The position numbers were made by a program, and so were the translations under genes. A stretch of DNA of 64,000 nt from a virus: IMG/VR virus record IMGVR_UViG_3300013131_000002, positions 1 to 64,000 of that record. One strand, given 5' to 3'. Below, piece by piece: positions 42,010 through 51,898 of this stretch (the first letter of the stretch is position 1; the number at the start of each line of letters is the position of its first letter). The notes beneath the pieces were generated by a model. The model did not search any database, had not been told where the DNA came from, and saw only the letters and a list, made by a program, of their open reading frames with translations.

Positions 42010-45000
42010 TTAACAGATTTCTTTTAGTATTTCGTTTGCTTCTTGTGGAGTTTTACCTAACTCTATTAAGAAGGAGTAAGTTACTTCCGATTTTTCATAT
42101 TCAATACCATCTACACTTACAGTTTGTAAAGATACAATATCTTCGTTTAATAGATCAGGATTTGATCCTTCTGTTGCTGCTACTAATGCTTGAAGGTCTT
42201 CCATAGACATAGGAGCCCCAGTAGATTGTGCAGGTGCTGGAGTAGTTGGTGTTGGAGCAGTTTCTTTTGTAACTTCCTTCTTAACCTTTATTTTTAGTTT
42301 AAGAGCCATACCTGGTCTTAAGAAATTAGATTTTAGGTTGTTAGCTTTCTTAATAGCATCTACAGTTGTTCCATATTTAGCTGCAAGAGATTTTAAAGTC
42401 TCACCTTTTTTAACAATGTGCTTTTTCCAAACCTCTTGTTCTACAGTTTCTTTACTAGCAGCTTTCTCTGCAGCAGCTTTTTTCTCAGCTTGTTGTGCAG
42501 CTATAGCAGCAGCAATAGCATCTGGTACAGCTGGGGTAGTAACAGGTACACCTGGCATTCCTGGAAGAGTTGGTAATCCCAAGTTGATATCTGCAGTGAT
42601 AGTATTTGCAGCAGGAGCAGGTTGATTTGTAGGCTGATCGAATACCTTAGCTTTCATCTCCTCCTTAACTTCTATAGCTACTCCATTAGATTCAATAGTT
42701 CCAAACTCTAATCCGATGTCAAAGAAGACTGATCCATACCCATTATTGGCTACGTCAGATGCTAAGATAGCTTTACTTCCAATTCCTTCTTTACGATCTT
42801 CCGTTGCTTCTTTCTCAGAGAATAAATAATCTGTGTAAGAAGGGTAAGTTCTTTCAGAGTTTATAGGGCTTACATATGGAGCATTGGTTTCAAGAAGGGC
42901 TTTAGAAACTTGGAAACGTTTCTGAGCAAGCTGATCTAAAAACTCTTTAACCATTACTGGCTTCAATTTTTCAAACTCTGCTTTATCTCTTGCTGCAGAT
43001 TTGAAATCTTTACCACCTTCTTCTGTTTGCTCCACTACAGTAAAAGAGAATGGGAGATCAGCATTACCTGTTCTCTTGTATTCTTCTATTGCAGGAATAA
43101 GTTTATCATATTGTACAGACACTAAGCTGTTAGCAGCAGGAGACCAGAATGTTACACGGATACCGTTCTTTCCTTCTGTAGCTCCCCAGTTTTTACTAAC
43201 TTCTTCCACATACATATAACCAGGAGCAGATACTTTAATCTTGTTAGTACCAACTATTTGGTTAAAGGTATTTACATCTCTATTTTTCAAAGATGCTATA
43301 GCAGCATCTTGTGCTTCTTGAGTTAAGAATCTTGTACTACCTTGTACTACACGGTAGTTTCCATTAGGGTCTTGTACTAAGAATGCTACAACCCCTGCAT
43401 CTGTTAAGTTATCATAGTTAAGGATTGCTTGCTCTAATGCATATGAAATTTTAGATAACTCTTCAGGCATTAAACCTTCTGTATTTCCTAATTCCCATCT
43501 ACGAGTTATAGAGCTAGTATTTCCTTCTGCATCTTTAGTTTCTACCCCGGTAGCTATAGCTACTATAGGAGTGGTGCTAGTAGGAACTCCATTAACAAAT
43601 CTTGTCCCTAATCCATTTTCAGAAGCAGGATTTACAAAGATTACATTCCCAAGTATATCACGAAGGTTGATAATATTACCTTTACTTCCAGTAGTAAACT
43701 TCTTAGATTTTATTGTAGATGTAGCTTTTCCACCATTTTTAATAGTGTCGTAAATTATTTGACGAGTATGTCCTTTGTATCCATCAGTAGAATCAGGTCT
43801 AAATCCTGTAAGCATTCCTACGTAAGTTTCTACTTGTATAGTTTTCCCAACAGAGTCTACTTTATCTTCTACTATTTTAACAAAGATTGGAACTTCCTCC
43901 CAATGTCTATCTTCTGGAAGAGAGTCCTTACCCTCAGTCTGCCACCACTTAGTATCTTCTCTTACTTCAAATACTACAGTTGTACCAGGTTTAGCTGTAT
44001 TAGGATTTCCTAAAGCTTTCTTGTCCAATGTGATAATGCCGATCTCATCTCCTTTCTCATTTACCACAATACGACTTTTTCTACGAGTGTCATTAGGAAT
44101 GCCTACAGATACTTCTGTGCTACTAGCAGTTCCTAATACTTTATAGTTATCATCTAAATCATATTCACCTTTTGTAAGTTGAATATCTAATTGCACAGAC
44201 ACTGTGTTTCCAGTAGGAACTTCCTCATCAGTTTCGAATTCGATAGGATTAACTAGTCCAACAGTAGTAACTTGTCCACCAGCTTGATCTGTATGAGTGT
44301 TACTAGACATGTCATTAGTAGCTTTTTGCTCGTCTGCTAATCTTGCTTCGATTTCACCAGGCTCTGTTCCTACTTCATCCAGCCCCGTGTCTTCAGATGT
44401 TTCTCCAGTTCGCTGACTCTGTTCTTCAGCGATTTGCCTTGCAGCAGTTTCTTCAGTTCCTTCGGCAGATACTGTTCTACGACCCAACTTGATGTCAATT
44501 TCATCGGTATAATCATTTATTTGTTCAATTTTTCTAGCAGCTTTCTTTTCATTGAAAGCTATAACTTGTCTTGCTTGAGTAATTTCGTTTTGTATTTCAG
44601 CAAGTTTTTTAGCACCCTCTACTGTGTTAGGGTCTATACTTCCAGAGTTTAGAGTATTTTGATGCTCATCAATCAATGCTTGAAGTTTATCAATCTCCTC
44701 ATCTAGTATAGCTACTTCTACTTCAAGCTCTTCAATTTTTTGACCCAAGGCCCCAACTTCTATTTGTATTCTTTCACCTCTGTCTACAAGAGTAGTACGT
44801 CTAACATTATGCATTTTTTGCATACTAGCAATAAGACCTCTTAATTTCTTAACAGTTTCATCTTTATTAGCATCTTGCAAAGTATAACCTAAAGCAGCAT
44901 AATCTGCATAAACACTATCTAATACTTTATTTAAAGTTCTGATATTAGATGAGAGTTGAAGCATCTGCATTTTAATAACTTCATTAGTTATTGCATCTAC

Positions 45001-48000
45001 AGGTAGAGTATACTCTTGGCTTATTACAGAGTCTACAATTTCTTGTATAATCTCTTGTCTGTCTTGTTCTACTTCTTGAGTCTCTTCTTCAGTCATAGTA
45101 GCAACTTGACTAGTATAGTTTCTAAATGCCATAGCTAATAATAGCTTTTCATATACAGCATCTATAACCTCTACTTCATCTTGCCCTCTACGTTTTCTGA
45201 ATGTGTAGTATTCTTGTTTATCTACATCAAATAAAGTAATGCTGCTAACTTCTCCATCGGGACTGAGGTTAACTGCATCCATAATTGTAACACCCGTGTT
45301 TTCATAACGTCTTCCTCCTATTAAGAACCCACGACCTGTGGGTGCATGTGTACGAACTCCGTCAACTTCCACTACTTCAGTATCAGCATTTGTTACAAGC
45401 TTATTTGCTTCAGTAACAGTTGGATCAGCTGCTCTTCTTTCTTCTTCTAGCATTCTTTGCCCAAGATCATCTACTTCATCTTCTGGGGTATTTACTTCAG
45501 AAGTTTTTCTAGCAGATGCATCATTAGCTATTACCTCTTTAAATTTATTTGTAAACTGCTCTAATCCTGCTAAATTTTCTATAGCATCTGCCCAGATAAA
45601 AGTTTCAGAAGGATTTGATTGCATTTGGTATTGAGCAACTACTATTAATTTTTTAGCAGCTTTATCATAGTAAACACTTAATCCAGTTACTACTACAGGT
45701 TCTTGAAACTGTGCTGCAAGTTTAATTTGAATTTGCTCTGTAACAGCTGCAAGTATTTTATCACCTTGCTTTTCTCTATTTATAAATTTAAATAAAGCAG
45801 CAAGATCATATGGCATACTGTCTACCTCATCCAATATAGAATTAACTTTATTAGTTATTCCAGCTCTTAGTTCTGAATTCTTTTTATATTTCAAGGATTC
45901 GTTATAAGCAGCTTTCATCATTGGAGACATAGAGTCATAATCTAACTTTCTCATCTCCTCAACAGATAGAGTAGAAAATTTATCTTTTCTAATTTCTGCC
46001 TGACGTTTCTTAAGTTCTTTGATAGTCTTTAAAGCTTCAGCTTTTAGAGTATCATCAGTGATATTAGGAAGTGCATTGATTAATTGTTCAGCTGTTTGAG
46101 CATGAAGTATTAAATCTTTTGCTACTTGATTTCTTCTCTCTTCTAAATTCTTACTTTGATCAGCTTGAAGTGCTTCGTAATATAAAGTACGTTTGTCTGG
46201 ATTTTTACGTAACTCTTCATATGCAGATACAGCTTGCTCTCTTGCAGCAGCTGTTGCAAACATATCTGAAAAAGCATTGTTAATTTCTTCTCTGTCTTGT
46301 GGATCTAAAGCTCGTAGAACCAGGTTCAAATGGTCTACAGTATTTTTACCCATAGAGTATTGCAACAGTTCTTCTACAGATTTAGAATCTACTTTTCCAT
46401 CAGCTCCTGGGGTAACTTTTCCAGACTTGATAGAGAACTTTAATATATTAGGATCTAATGCTGGTAATCCTTGAGCTTTTAATTTATCATTTACTTTATC
46501 TACAAGTTGATCAATTTTTGCTTCGTGATTATCCATTTCAACAGCAGCAGAGTAAAGCATATTACGATATGCTTCTGTTACTCTGATTTGAAGATCCTCT
46601 TGGTTACGTTGCTCTGCAGACATAGTCAATCTTTCCAAAGGAGTGGACCTCTCTTGGATAGGAATCATTTCTTTAATATTCTTAGCAACTTGTGTATTTC
46701 TTCTTAAAGCATCTTTAACATCTCTTACAGTAGACTGAATATCTTTTTCTGTAAAAGCTTTAGCTTGGCTTTCATTTAAATGTGGAAGAGCAAATTTTAC
46801 AAATTCTTCTGGAGTCAGTTTCTCTAGATCGTCCAACATTTCTTCATACATATCTGTAGCCCCAAACTGCTCAGCAATCATTGCTTCATTTGCTAGAGCT
46901 TTTGATAAAATATTAGCAGCAGTTTTATGATCTCCTTTCTTAGTGGCTTTATGGTAATCCTCCATCATAGCTTGAGTCTCAGAAGACATCTCTGCACGTT
47001 GTGTAATCTTAGATAGGATACCTGAGTTTCTGATTGCTAATATTTTTTCTGTAGCTTGCTTTTGTTGTTTAGATTGTCCTCTAGAAGAGAATGCAGTCAT
47101 ACCTCCACCTATCATTGCCCCTATCAAACCTTGCTCTAAACTCTCTTCTTCTGTAAAAGTCTTTTTAAATGCTTCAGCAAAATGTTCAGCTACACTAGCA
47201 GTACCGTCTGTTTGTCTTTTACTCCAATACCCTAAGTTAAATTGTTGGGCACCATACTGTGCAAGTTCTTGTCCTCCCTCGAATATTGCTCCCTTACCTA
47301 GTGTGGCACCTTTTTTTACAACTTTTTCAGCTAACTTTCCAGCTTTACTTGTAAACCAAGTAGCCTCTGTAGCAGATCCTGCAGCTCCAGTAAGTCTTGA
47401 TGCTGTTACAACTTCTTCTCCAATACCTGCAACAGGGACATTAAATCTTCCAAGCAACTTGCTTCCCATTAAAGCTGAGATCATAAACATGTTTGATCCT
47501 AAAAGGATAGGCATGTTAATAGCAAAGTTTGTATTACCAGCTGCATTTGCATATCTTTCAATCTCAGCCATCTCATCTGGTGGAATCAAGTTTCTTGATT
47601 TACCAGGATTAGCAGCTTCCCATTCTTGAAATTTAGTTTCTATATATTGTCTTTTAACATCACGAGATTCTACGGCAGCTTCTGCATACGATGCTGAGTA
47701 AGATGCTGCTAGCATTTTTCCAGCCTTCATCATTCTACCTTTGAATGGGCTGATTTGACCTGCAGCTAAATTTTCTACAGCTCGTACAGAGTTAGCACTT
47801 GCTGCCCCACCACCTCCAATTGTTCTAGTAGCTGCTGCAGCTTCTGCTCCTAATGCTTCAGATATTACACCAGCTTTTGGTCCTTTTCCTACAGCTCTTT
47901 GGATTAAGTTTTTAGCTCCACGATATGCACTTCCTGATATAGACTTTCCTTTTGTTAAATATAAAGGAGCCATAGCACCAGCAGCAAATCCTATCCCATT

Positions 48001-49305
48001 CATTACTTTGTCAAAGTAGAAGTTAGCAGAACCTTCTTCAAATGGAATCCAATTAATTTCATTACTATCTAACTCTTTTCTAGTATAGTAAAATGGCATA
48101 GCATTGCTAGCACTTTCTCTAAGTTCATCTAAATAATTTCCTAAGTCTGTATCCCAATAAGCAGCTGCTATATCTTGCCAAGCTTCTGGCCCACTTTTGT
48201 CTTGAATGGTTTTTGAAACAGCTTCTTTATATCGAGCTAGAACTTGTTTAGATCCTATTCCACCAGGTGCATTATATCCAACTGTTCCCCCAAACATAGA
48301 TTTAATAGCTAATCCTGCTTGGTAAGATCCAGATCTTTGAGCTTTCTCTTCTTTAATAGCCATAACAGCGTCATCCACTGTTAGGTTTTTTTCACGAAGA
48401 GCTCTCATTAAAGCTGCATCTGTTTCTATAGTCGATCTTAAATTTCTTTCTAAAGTAGCTTCGTCAGATGTTTTTTCTATTATAGCTTTTCTAGTAGGTC
48501 CTCCTGCAAACTGATCCTCAGCCATTACAGACTCGTCTAGATAATATTCTCTTCCGTCAGATCCTTTTACAGTTTCATGTGGGGACATCAATCCAAATGA
48601 TTCTAAAAAGTCTACAGCAGAGAATAACAATCCTGGAGTAGATTCTTCTGCCTCCAACATTGTGTGAGTTTTATTTTTTCCAGCTATATAACTTTCAGTA
48701 GCTCTTTTAGTCTCAGCATTTAATCCTGCAATCCCTAAACTTGCTAATCCTGTTGGAGCTCCAAGTAATGATTCGGTACCTGTAGTTAATGCTGTTACAA
48801 GCAAGTTACCTGCACCATATCCAAACTTTGTCCAAGATCCTTGCTTTTGAGCCCTCATGTCTTCCCAGTCATTCTCCGTAGTAGGAGTAAAACCGTTTGC
48901 CATCATCTTCCTAGCACTAGGATCTTTTGGGCCCTTACCATGTAGGAATTCTATTTCTTTGGTACCTGTCAAGAATCCACGGTTAACACCGTCATACATC
49001 TTGTAGGAATCTGTATTATTAAATGGTTTTCCAGTAAAGGGATCTAATTGACTGGCAGACTGCAGTTCATATAGATTAAATTTATTGCTATTAATATTTT
49101 TGTTAATAGCTGATACTGTATCTTTAGACACGGGATTTCCACCCATATCTAGTACAGGTCCTTTTGGTTTATTCTTTAATCCAGGTCCAGATACACTTTC
49201 TAAATTTAAAACTGCTCCTCCTGTACTTGAAGATTGGTAAGGCACTCCAGTAAGGGGATCTACCCCAGGTGATGGGGTAAAAGGGTCTTTGTTAAATTCT
49301 GCCAT
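42010..49305 (-). CDS. Giant virion cargo protein with Gly-rich hydrophobic segments and C-terminal LysM
   Basis: 2431 aa; EGGQELAQY, GLIGAMIGGG; HIVKKGETLKSLAAKYGTTVDAIKKANNL. Confidence 0.8.
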   Translation of the reverse strand: MAEFNKDPFTPSPGVDPLTGVPYQSSSTGGAVLNLESVSGPGLKNKPKGPVLDMGGNPVSKDTVSAINKNINSNKFNLYELQSASQLDPFTGKPFNNTDSYKMYDGVNRGFLTGTKEIEFLHGKGPKDPSARKMMANGFTPTTENDWEDMRAQKQGSWTKFGYGAGNLLVTALTTGTESLLGAPTGLASLGIAGLNAETKRATESYIAGKNKTHTMLEAEESTPGLLFSAVDFLESFGLMSPHETVKGSDGREYYLDESVMAEDQFAGGPTRKAIIEKTSDEATLERNLRSTIETDAALMRALREKNLTVDDAVMAIKEEKAQRSGSYQAGLAIKSMFGGTVGYNAPGGIGSKQVLARYKEAVSKTIQDKSGPEAWQDIAAAYWDTDLGNYLDELRESASNAMPFYYTRKELDSNEINWIPFEEGSANFYFDKVMNGIGFAAGAMAPLYLTKGKSISGSAYRGAKNLIQRAVGKGPKAGVISEALGAEAAAATRTIGGGGAASANSVRAVENLAAGQISPFKGRMMKAGKMLAASYSASYAEAAVESRDVKRQYIETKFQEWEAANPGKSRNLIPPDEMAEIERYANAAGNTNFAINMPILLGSNMFMISALMGSKLLGRFNVPVAGIGEEVVTASRLTGAAGSATEATWFTSKAGKLAEKVVKKGATLGKGAIFEGGQELAQYGAQQFNLGYWSKRQTDGTASVAEHFAEAFKKTFTEEESLEQGLIGAMIGGGMTAFSSRGQSKQQKQATEKILAIRNSGILSKITQRAEMSSETQAMMEDYHKATKKGDHKTAANILSKALANEAMIAEQFGATDMYEEMLDDLEKLTPEEFVKFALPHLNESQAKAFTEKDIQSTVRDVKDALRRNTQVAKNIKEMIPIQERSTPLERLTMSAEQRNQEDLQIRVTEAYRNMLYSAAVEMDNHEAKIDQLVDKVNDKLKAQGLPALDPNILKFSIKSGKVTPGADGKVDSKSVEELLQYSMGKNTVDHLNLVLRALDPQDREEINNAFSDMFATAAAREQAVSAYEELRKNPDKRTLYYEALQADQSKNLEERRNQVAKDLILHAQTAEQLINALPNITDDTLKAEALKTIKELKKRQAEIRKDKFSTLSVEEMRKLDYDSMSPMMKAAYNESLKYKKNSELRAGITNKVNSILDEVDSMPYDLAALFKFINREKQGDKILAAVTEQIQIKLAAQFQEPVVVTGLSVYYDKAAKKLIVVAQYQMQSNPSETFIWADAIENLAGLEQFTNKFKEVIANDASARKTSEVNTPEDEVDDLGQRMLEEERRAADPTVTEANKLVTNADTEVVEVDGVRTHAPTGRGFLIGGRRYENTGVTIMDAVNLSPDGEVSSITLFDVDKQEYYTFRKRRGQDEVEVIDAVYEKLLLAMAFRNYTSQVATMTEEETQEVEQDRQEIIQEIVDSVISQEYTLPVDAITNEVIKMQMLQLSSNIRTLNKVLDSVYADYAALGYTLQDANKDETVKKLRGLIASMQKMHNVRRTTLVDRGERIQIEVGALGQKIEELEVEVAILDEEIDKLQALIDEHQNTLNSGSIDPNTVEGAKKLAEIQNEITQARQVIAFNEKKAARKIEQINDYTDEIDIKLGRRTVSAEGTEETAARQIAEEQSQRTGETSEDTGLDEVGTEPGEIEARLADEQKATNDMSSNTHTDQAGGQVTTVGLVNPIEFETDEEVPTGNTVSVQLDIQLTKGEYDLDDNYKVLGTASSTEVSVGIPNDTRRKSRIVVNEKGDEIGIITLDKKALGNPNTAKPGTTVVFEVREDTKWWQTEGKDSLPEDRHWEEVPIFVKIVEDKVDSVGKTIQVETYVGMLTGFRPDSTDGYKGHTRQIIYDTIKNGGKATSTIKSKKFTTGSKGNIINLRDILGNVIFVNPASENGLGTRFVNGVPTSTTPIVAIATGVETKDAEGNTSSITRRWELGNTEGLMPEELSKISYALEQAILNYDNLTDAGVVAFLVQDPNGNYRVVQGSTRFLTQEAQDAAIASLKNRDVNTFNQIVGTNKIKVSAPGYMYVEEVSKNWGATEGKNGIRVTFWSPAANSLVSVQYDKLIPAIEEYKRTGNADLPFSFTVVEQTEEGGKDFKSAARDKAEFEKLKPVMVKEFLDQLAQKRFQVSKALLETNAPYVSPINSERTYPSYTDYLFSEKEATEDRKEGIGSKAILASDVANNGYGSVFFDIGLEFGTIESNGVAIEVKEEMKAKVFDQPTNQPAPAANTITADINLGLPTLPGMPGVPVTTPAVPDAIAAAIAAQQAEKKAAAEKAASKETVEQEVWKKHIVKKGETLKSLAAKYGTTVDAIKKANNLKSNFLRPGMALKLKIKVKKEVTKETAPTPTTPAPAQSTGAPMSMEDLQALVAATEGSNPDLLNEDIVSLQTVSVDGIEYEKSEVTYSFLIELGKTPQEANEILKEIC

Positions 49306-49312
49306 TTGAATA

Positions 49313-49320
49313 CAAATTTA
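49313..49320 (-). promoter_or_regulatory. -7 element TAAATTTG
   Basis: TAnnTTTG 8 nt upstream of the 49305 start. Confidence 0.55.
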
Positions 49321-51891
49321 CTCAATAATTGGGTTGTATCCACCTATTTGAAAATATCCGTTATCTTTATTATCTACAATTGATCTAAAGTAATCTGATG
49401 TAGCACTGAACTTTCCAAGTTTCTGCCCAGTTGCTCTATTAACAGCTGGTACATAAGATCCAGTATTAGGATCAAAGGTAAATAATTCTACTTCTGGAGC
49501 ACTCTGAATTCCTGAAAATACCATTTTAGTTTTCTCTGGACTTCCAGTATAAATTCCATCAGCATCTAGATGTCCTGATATTTGCAATCTTTGTATATCA
49601 GCAGAATTTTCACTTACAAATTTTTGGAATTCACTAGGACCTGCAACTCTTTTCTCTTGCAAATTTTTGCTCATATTCATTGCATCAGTATCATCTTGAG
49701 TAACTAATCTTTGAAAAGCCATTTCAAATCCATCTTTACCTGACATCTTACCCACATTATTTATTGTACGAGTAATTTGAGACATAGGTTGGTTAATAGC
49801 ATCTAGCATATCTCGAGACCAAACTTGTTCTACAGGGACATGTATTTTTCTTACTTGATTGTTTTCCCCTTGAACAGTAAATGTGGCAAATTGTCCATAA
49901 GCAGATTCTTTTGTTAAAGACATTCCATCCAAATTATTGTAAGTGATGTTTACAATTTTAGCTGATTCTGTAAAGTCAGCTCCCCAATCTTTTAACATTT
50001 GATCTACGTCTCCTTTTTGAGTAACTCCTAATTGTGTCCAATCACTTCCAGGTCTGTACAATCCTTGAAATCCTTTTAGAGCACTAATGGGTTTATTCAT
50101 GAATGCATCATCCATGTTCTTTTTAGTAGCTAATGCAATTGATGGCTCAGTTCCTACTGGCATATTACTTTCAGTAGTTTGCAAAGTCATAGGTTTAACA
50201 GACTTTTTGTGTTCAGCATTTGCATTCCAATAAGCATTTTTTACCTCATCTAACACATTCCAAATTTGCTCTCCTTTATGAGCTCCTTCCATGTATCTGT
50301 GAAAAGAATTCAGATCAGTTCCTTCCCAGTCATTCTGTCCTATTACATTCATAAAGTCTCTTTCACTAGCTCCTGCTCCTCTCCATGCTTTATAATCATT
50401 CCAAACAGCTTTAAAATCTACTCCAGAAGTTCCGTATCCCCAATTATTAAAATCTGCATAGTTTTTATTATCATTTAAAAGCTTTAGAATATTAGCAGTT
50501 GACAATTCATTCATCATTCCTTCTTGTGACTCTTTTAAAGTTTTTAAATCCATAGTAGCACTATTGATTCTTTGTAAAGCTTCTTGCTTTTCAAATATTC
50601 CAGTAGAATCTGATGATACAATTTCTCTATCATTAGCTATTGATAAATTCAAAGCACCTTCTCTAGAAGCAAGTTCATCCATACTATATCCTGTTACACT
50701 TAGTATTTCTCCAGGATTTTTATTAATCAATGCTCTAGCTGCTGCATTAGCTTCTTCTATAGCTTTCTTTCTAGCATTCTCATCGTCTAAACGTTTCTTA
50801 TAAAGATCATCATAAGCTTCGTCGTAACTATAAGTAGAGCTAGTTTTATTAGATATCTTAACTTCAGCTAAGGAAGCATATGGAGCTAAAAGTTCTTGTT
50901 TAGCTAAACTTGCAGCATAGTCTAATCTACCCTCTCCACTTTGTTTTTCGAGATTTTCTAAACTAGCACGATAAGCATCTAAGGTAACTTTGTAATTAGC
51001 TTTTTGACCTTTAGGCACATCTCCAGAAGCAATAAGATCTTCTAGTTTTGCAATTTCTTTTTTATGAGCTTCTATACCAGAGGCATTAATTGCCTGTAGA
51101 CGAGCTTCATCAATCTTACCATCAGCTCCTGCTACTGCAGAGTATGCTTTAAGTTTAGATTGTTGTGCTAAGTAAGCTTGTACTTCAGGGTCAGCCATTA
51201 CGGCATTGTAAGCTTTAGAAACTTTCTCTGCTGATTTTCCTGACCAAGAGCTTCCTTTTGTTTCAGTAATTTTTAATTTACCAGCTTCTCCAGTTCTTGG
51301 ATCTTTTTGACCTACTAATCCTGTAGTAGTTGTACTACTTGTAGAATCTTCTTCAATCAATGCAAGAGCTTTAGATAGTTTCTCGTCTATCTTAGGATCT
51401 GATATAATATTCATTGGGGAATAGTAGCTATTAGGATCTACCATTCCAGTTCTAGGATCTACTTTAATCCCTTCATATCCTTGTGCATACTTGCTATATG
51501 GGATTGCATAGTTATAAGCTAATGAACTAATCTCTCCTTTCTTATATCGTTCTGCTAAGTCTGTTTGATAGTTTACATATCTTTGATAGTTATCATAGAT
51601 TGGAGCATATTTTTCTTTATACTCTTTTGCAGCTCCGTGAATTCTAAATGCTTGGTTTTCAAAGTCTCCTCTATCAGCAAATTCTGAAAGTTTGTTTCCA
51701 ATGTTAGCATCTAACTCTGCTTTCATTCTCTCATCATTGGCAAAGTCAGCAGCCTTCATTGCATCTAATGACTCATCCAATGCATCAGCATTTTGAAAGT
51801 TAGTCATAAATCTATTTCGTAGCTCTTTTGAGATAGCCACTGATTGTGGATCTACATACGTGCTTTGATAATCATTAAACTTATAAGGCAT
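49318..51891 (-). CDS. Virion cargo/ejection protein
   Basis: 857 aa, helical, Cys-free; YQSTYVD N-terminus; crAss cargo gene order. Confidence 0.65.
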   Translation of the reverse strand: MPYKFNDYQSTYVDPQSVAISKELRNRFMTNFQNADALDESLDAMKAADFANDERMKAELDANIGNKLSEFADRGDFENQAFRIHGAAKEYKEKYAPIYDNYQRYVNYQTDLAERYKKGEISSLAYNYAIPYSKYAQGYEGIKVDPRTGMVDPNSYYSPMNIISDPKIDEKLSKALALIEEDSTSSTTTTGLVGQKDPRTGEAGKLKITETKGSSWSGKSAEKVSKAYNAVMADPEVQAYLAQQSKLKAYSAVAGADGKIDEARLQAINASGIEAHKKEIAKLEDLIASGDVPKGQKANYKVTLDAYRASLENLEKQSGEGRLDYAASLAKQELLAPYASLAEVKISNKTSSTYSYDEAYDDLYKKRLDDENARKKAIEEANAAARALINKNPGEILSVTGYSMDELASREGALNLSIANDREIVSSDSTGIFEKQEALQRINSATMDLKTLKESQEGMMNELSTANILKLLNDNKNYADFNNWGYGTSGVDFKAVWNDYKAWRGAGASERDFMNVIGQNDWEGTDLNSFHRYMEGAHKGEQIWNVLDEVKNAYWNANAEHKKSVKPMTLQTTESNMPVGTEPSIALATKKNMDDAFMNKPISALKGFQGLYRPGSDWTQLGVTQKGDVDQMLKDWGADFTESAKIVNITYNNLDGMSLTKESAYGQFATFTVQGENNQVRKIHVPVEQVWSRDMLDAINQPMSQITRTINNVGKMSGKDGFEMAFQRLVTQDDTDAMNMSKNLQEKRVAGPSEFQKFVSENSADIQRLQISGHLDADGIYTGSPEKTKMVFSGIQSAPEVELFTFDPNTGSYVPAVNRATGQKLGKFSATSDYFRSIVDNKDNGYFQIGGYNPIIE

Positions 51892-51898
51892 GGTTACT

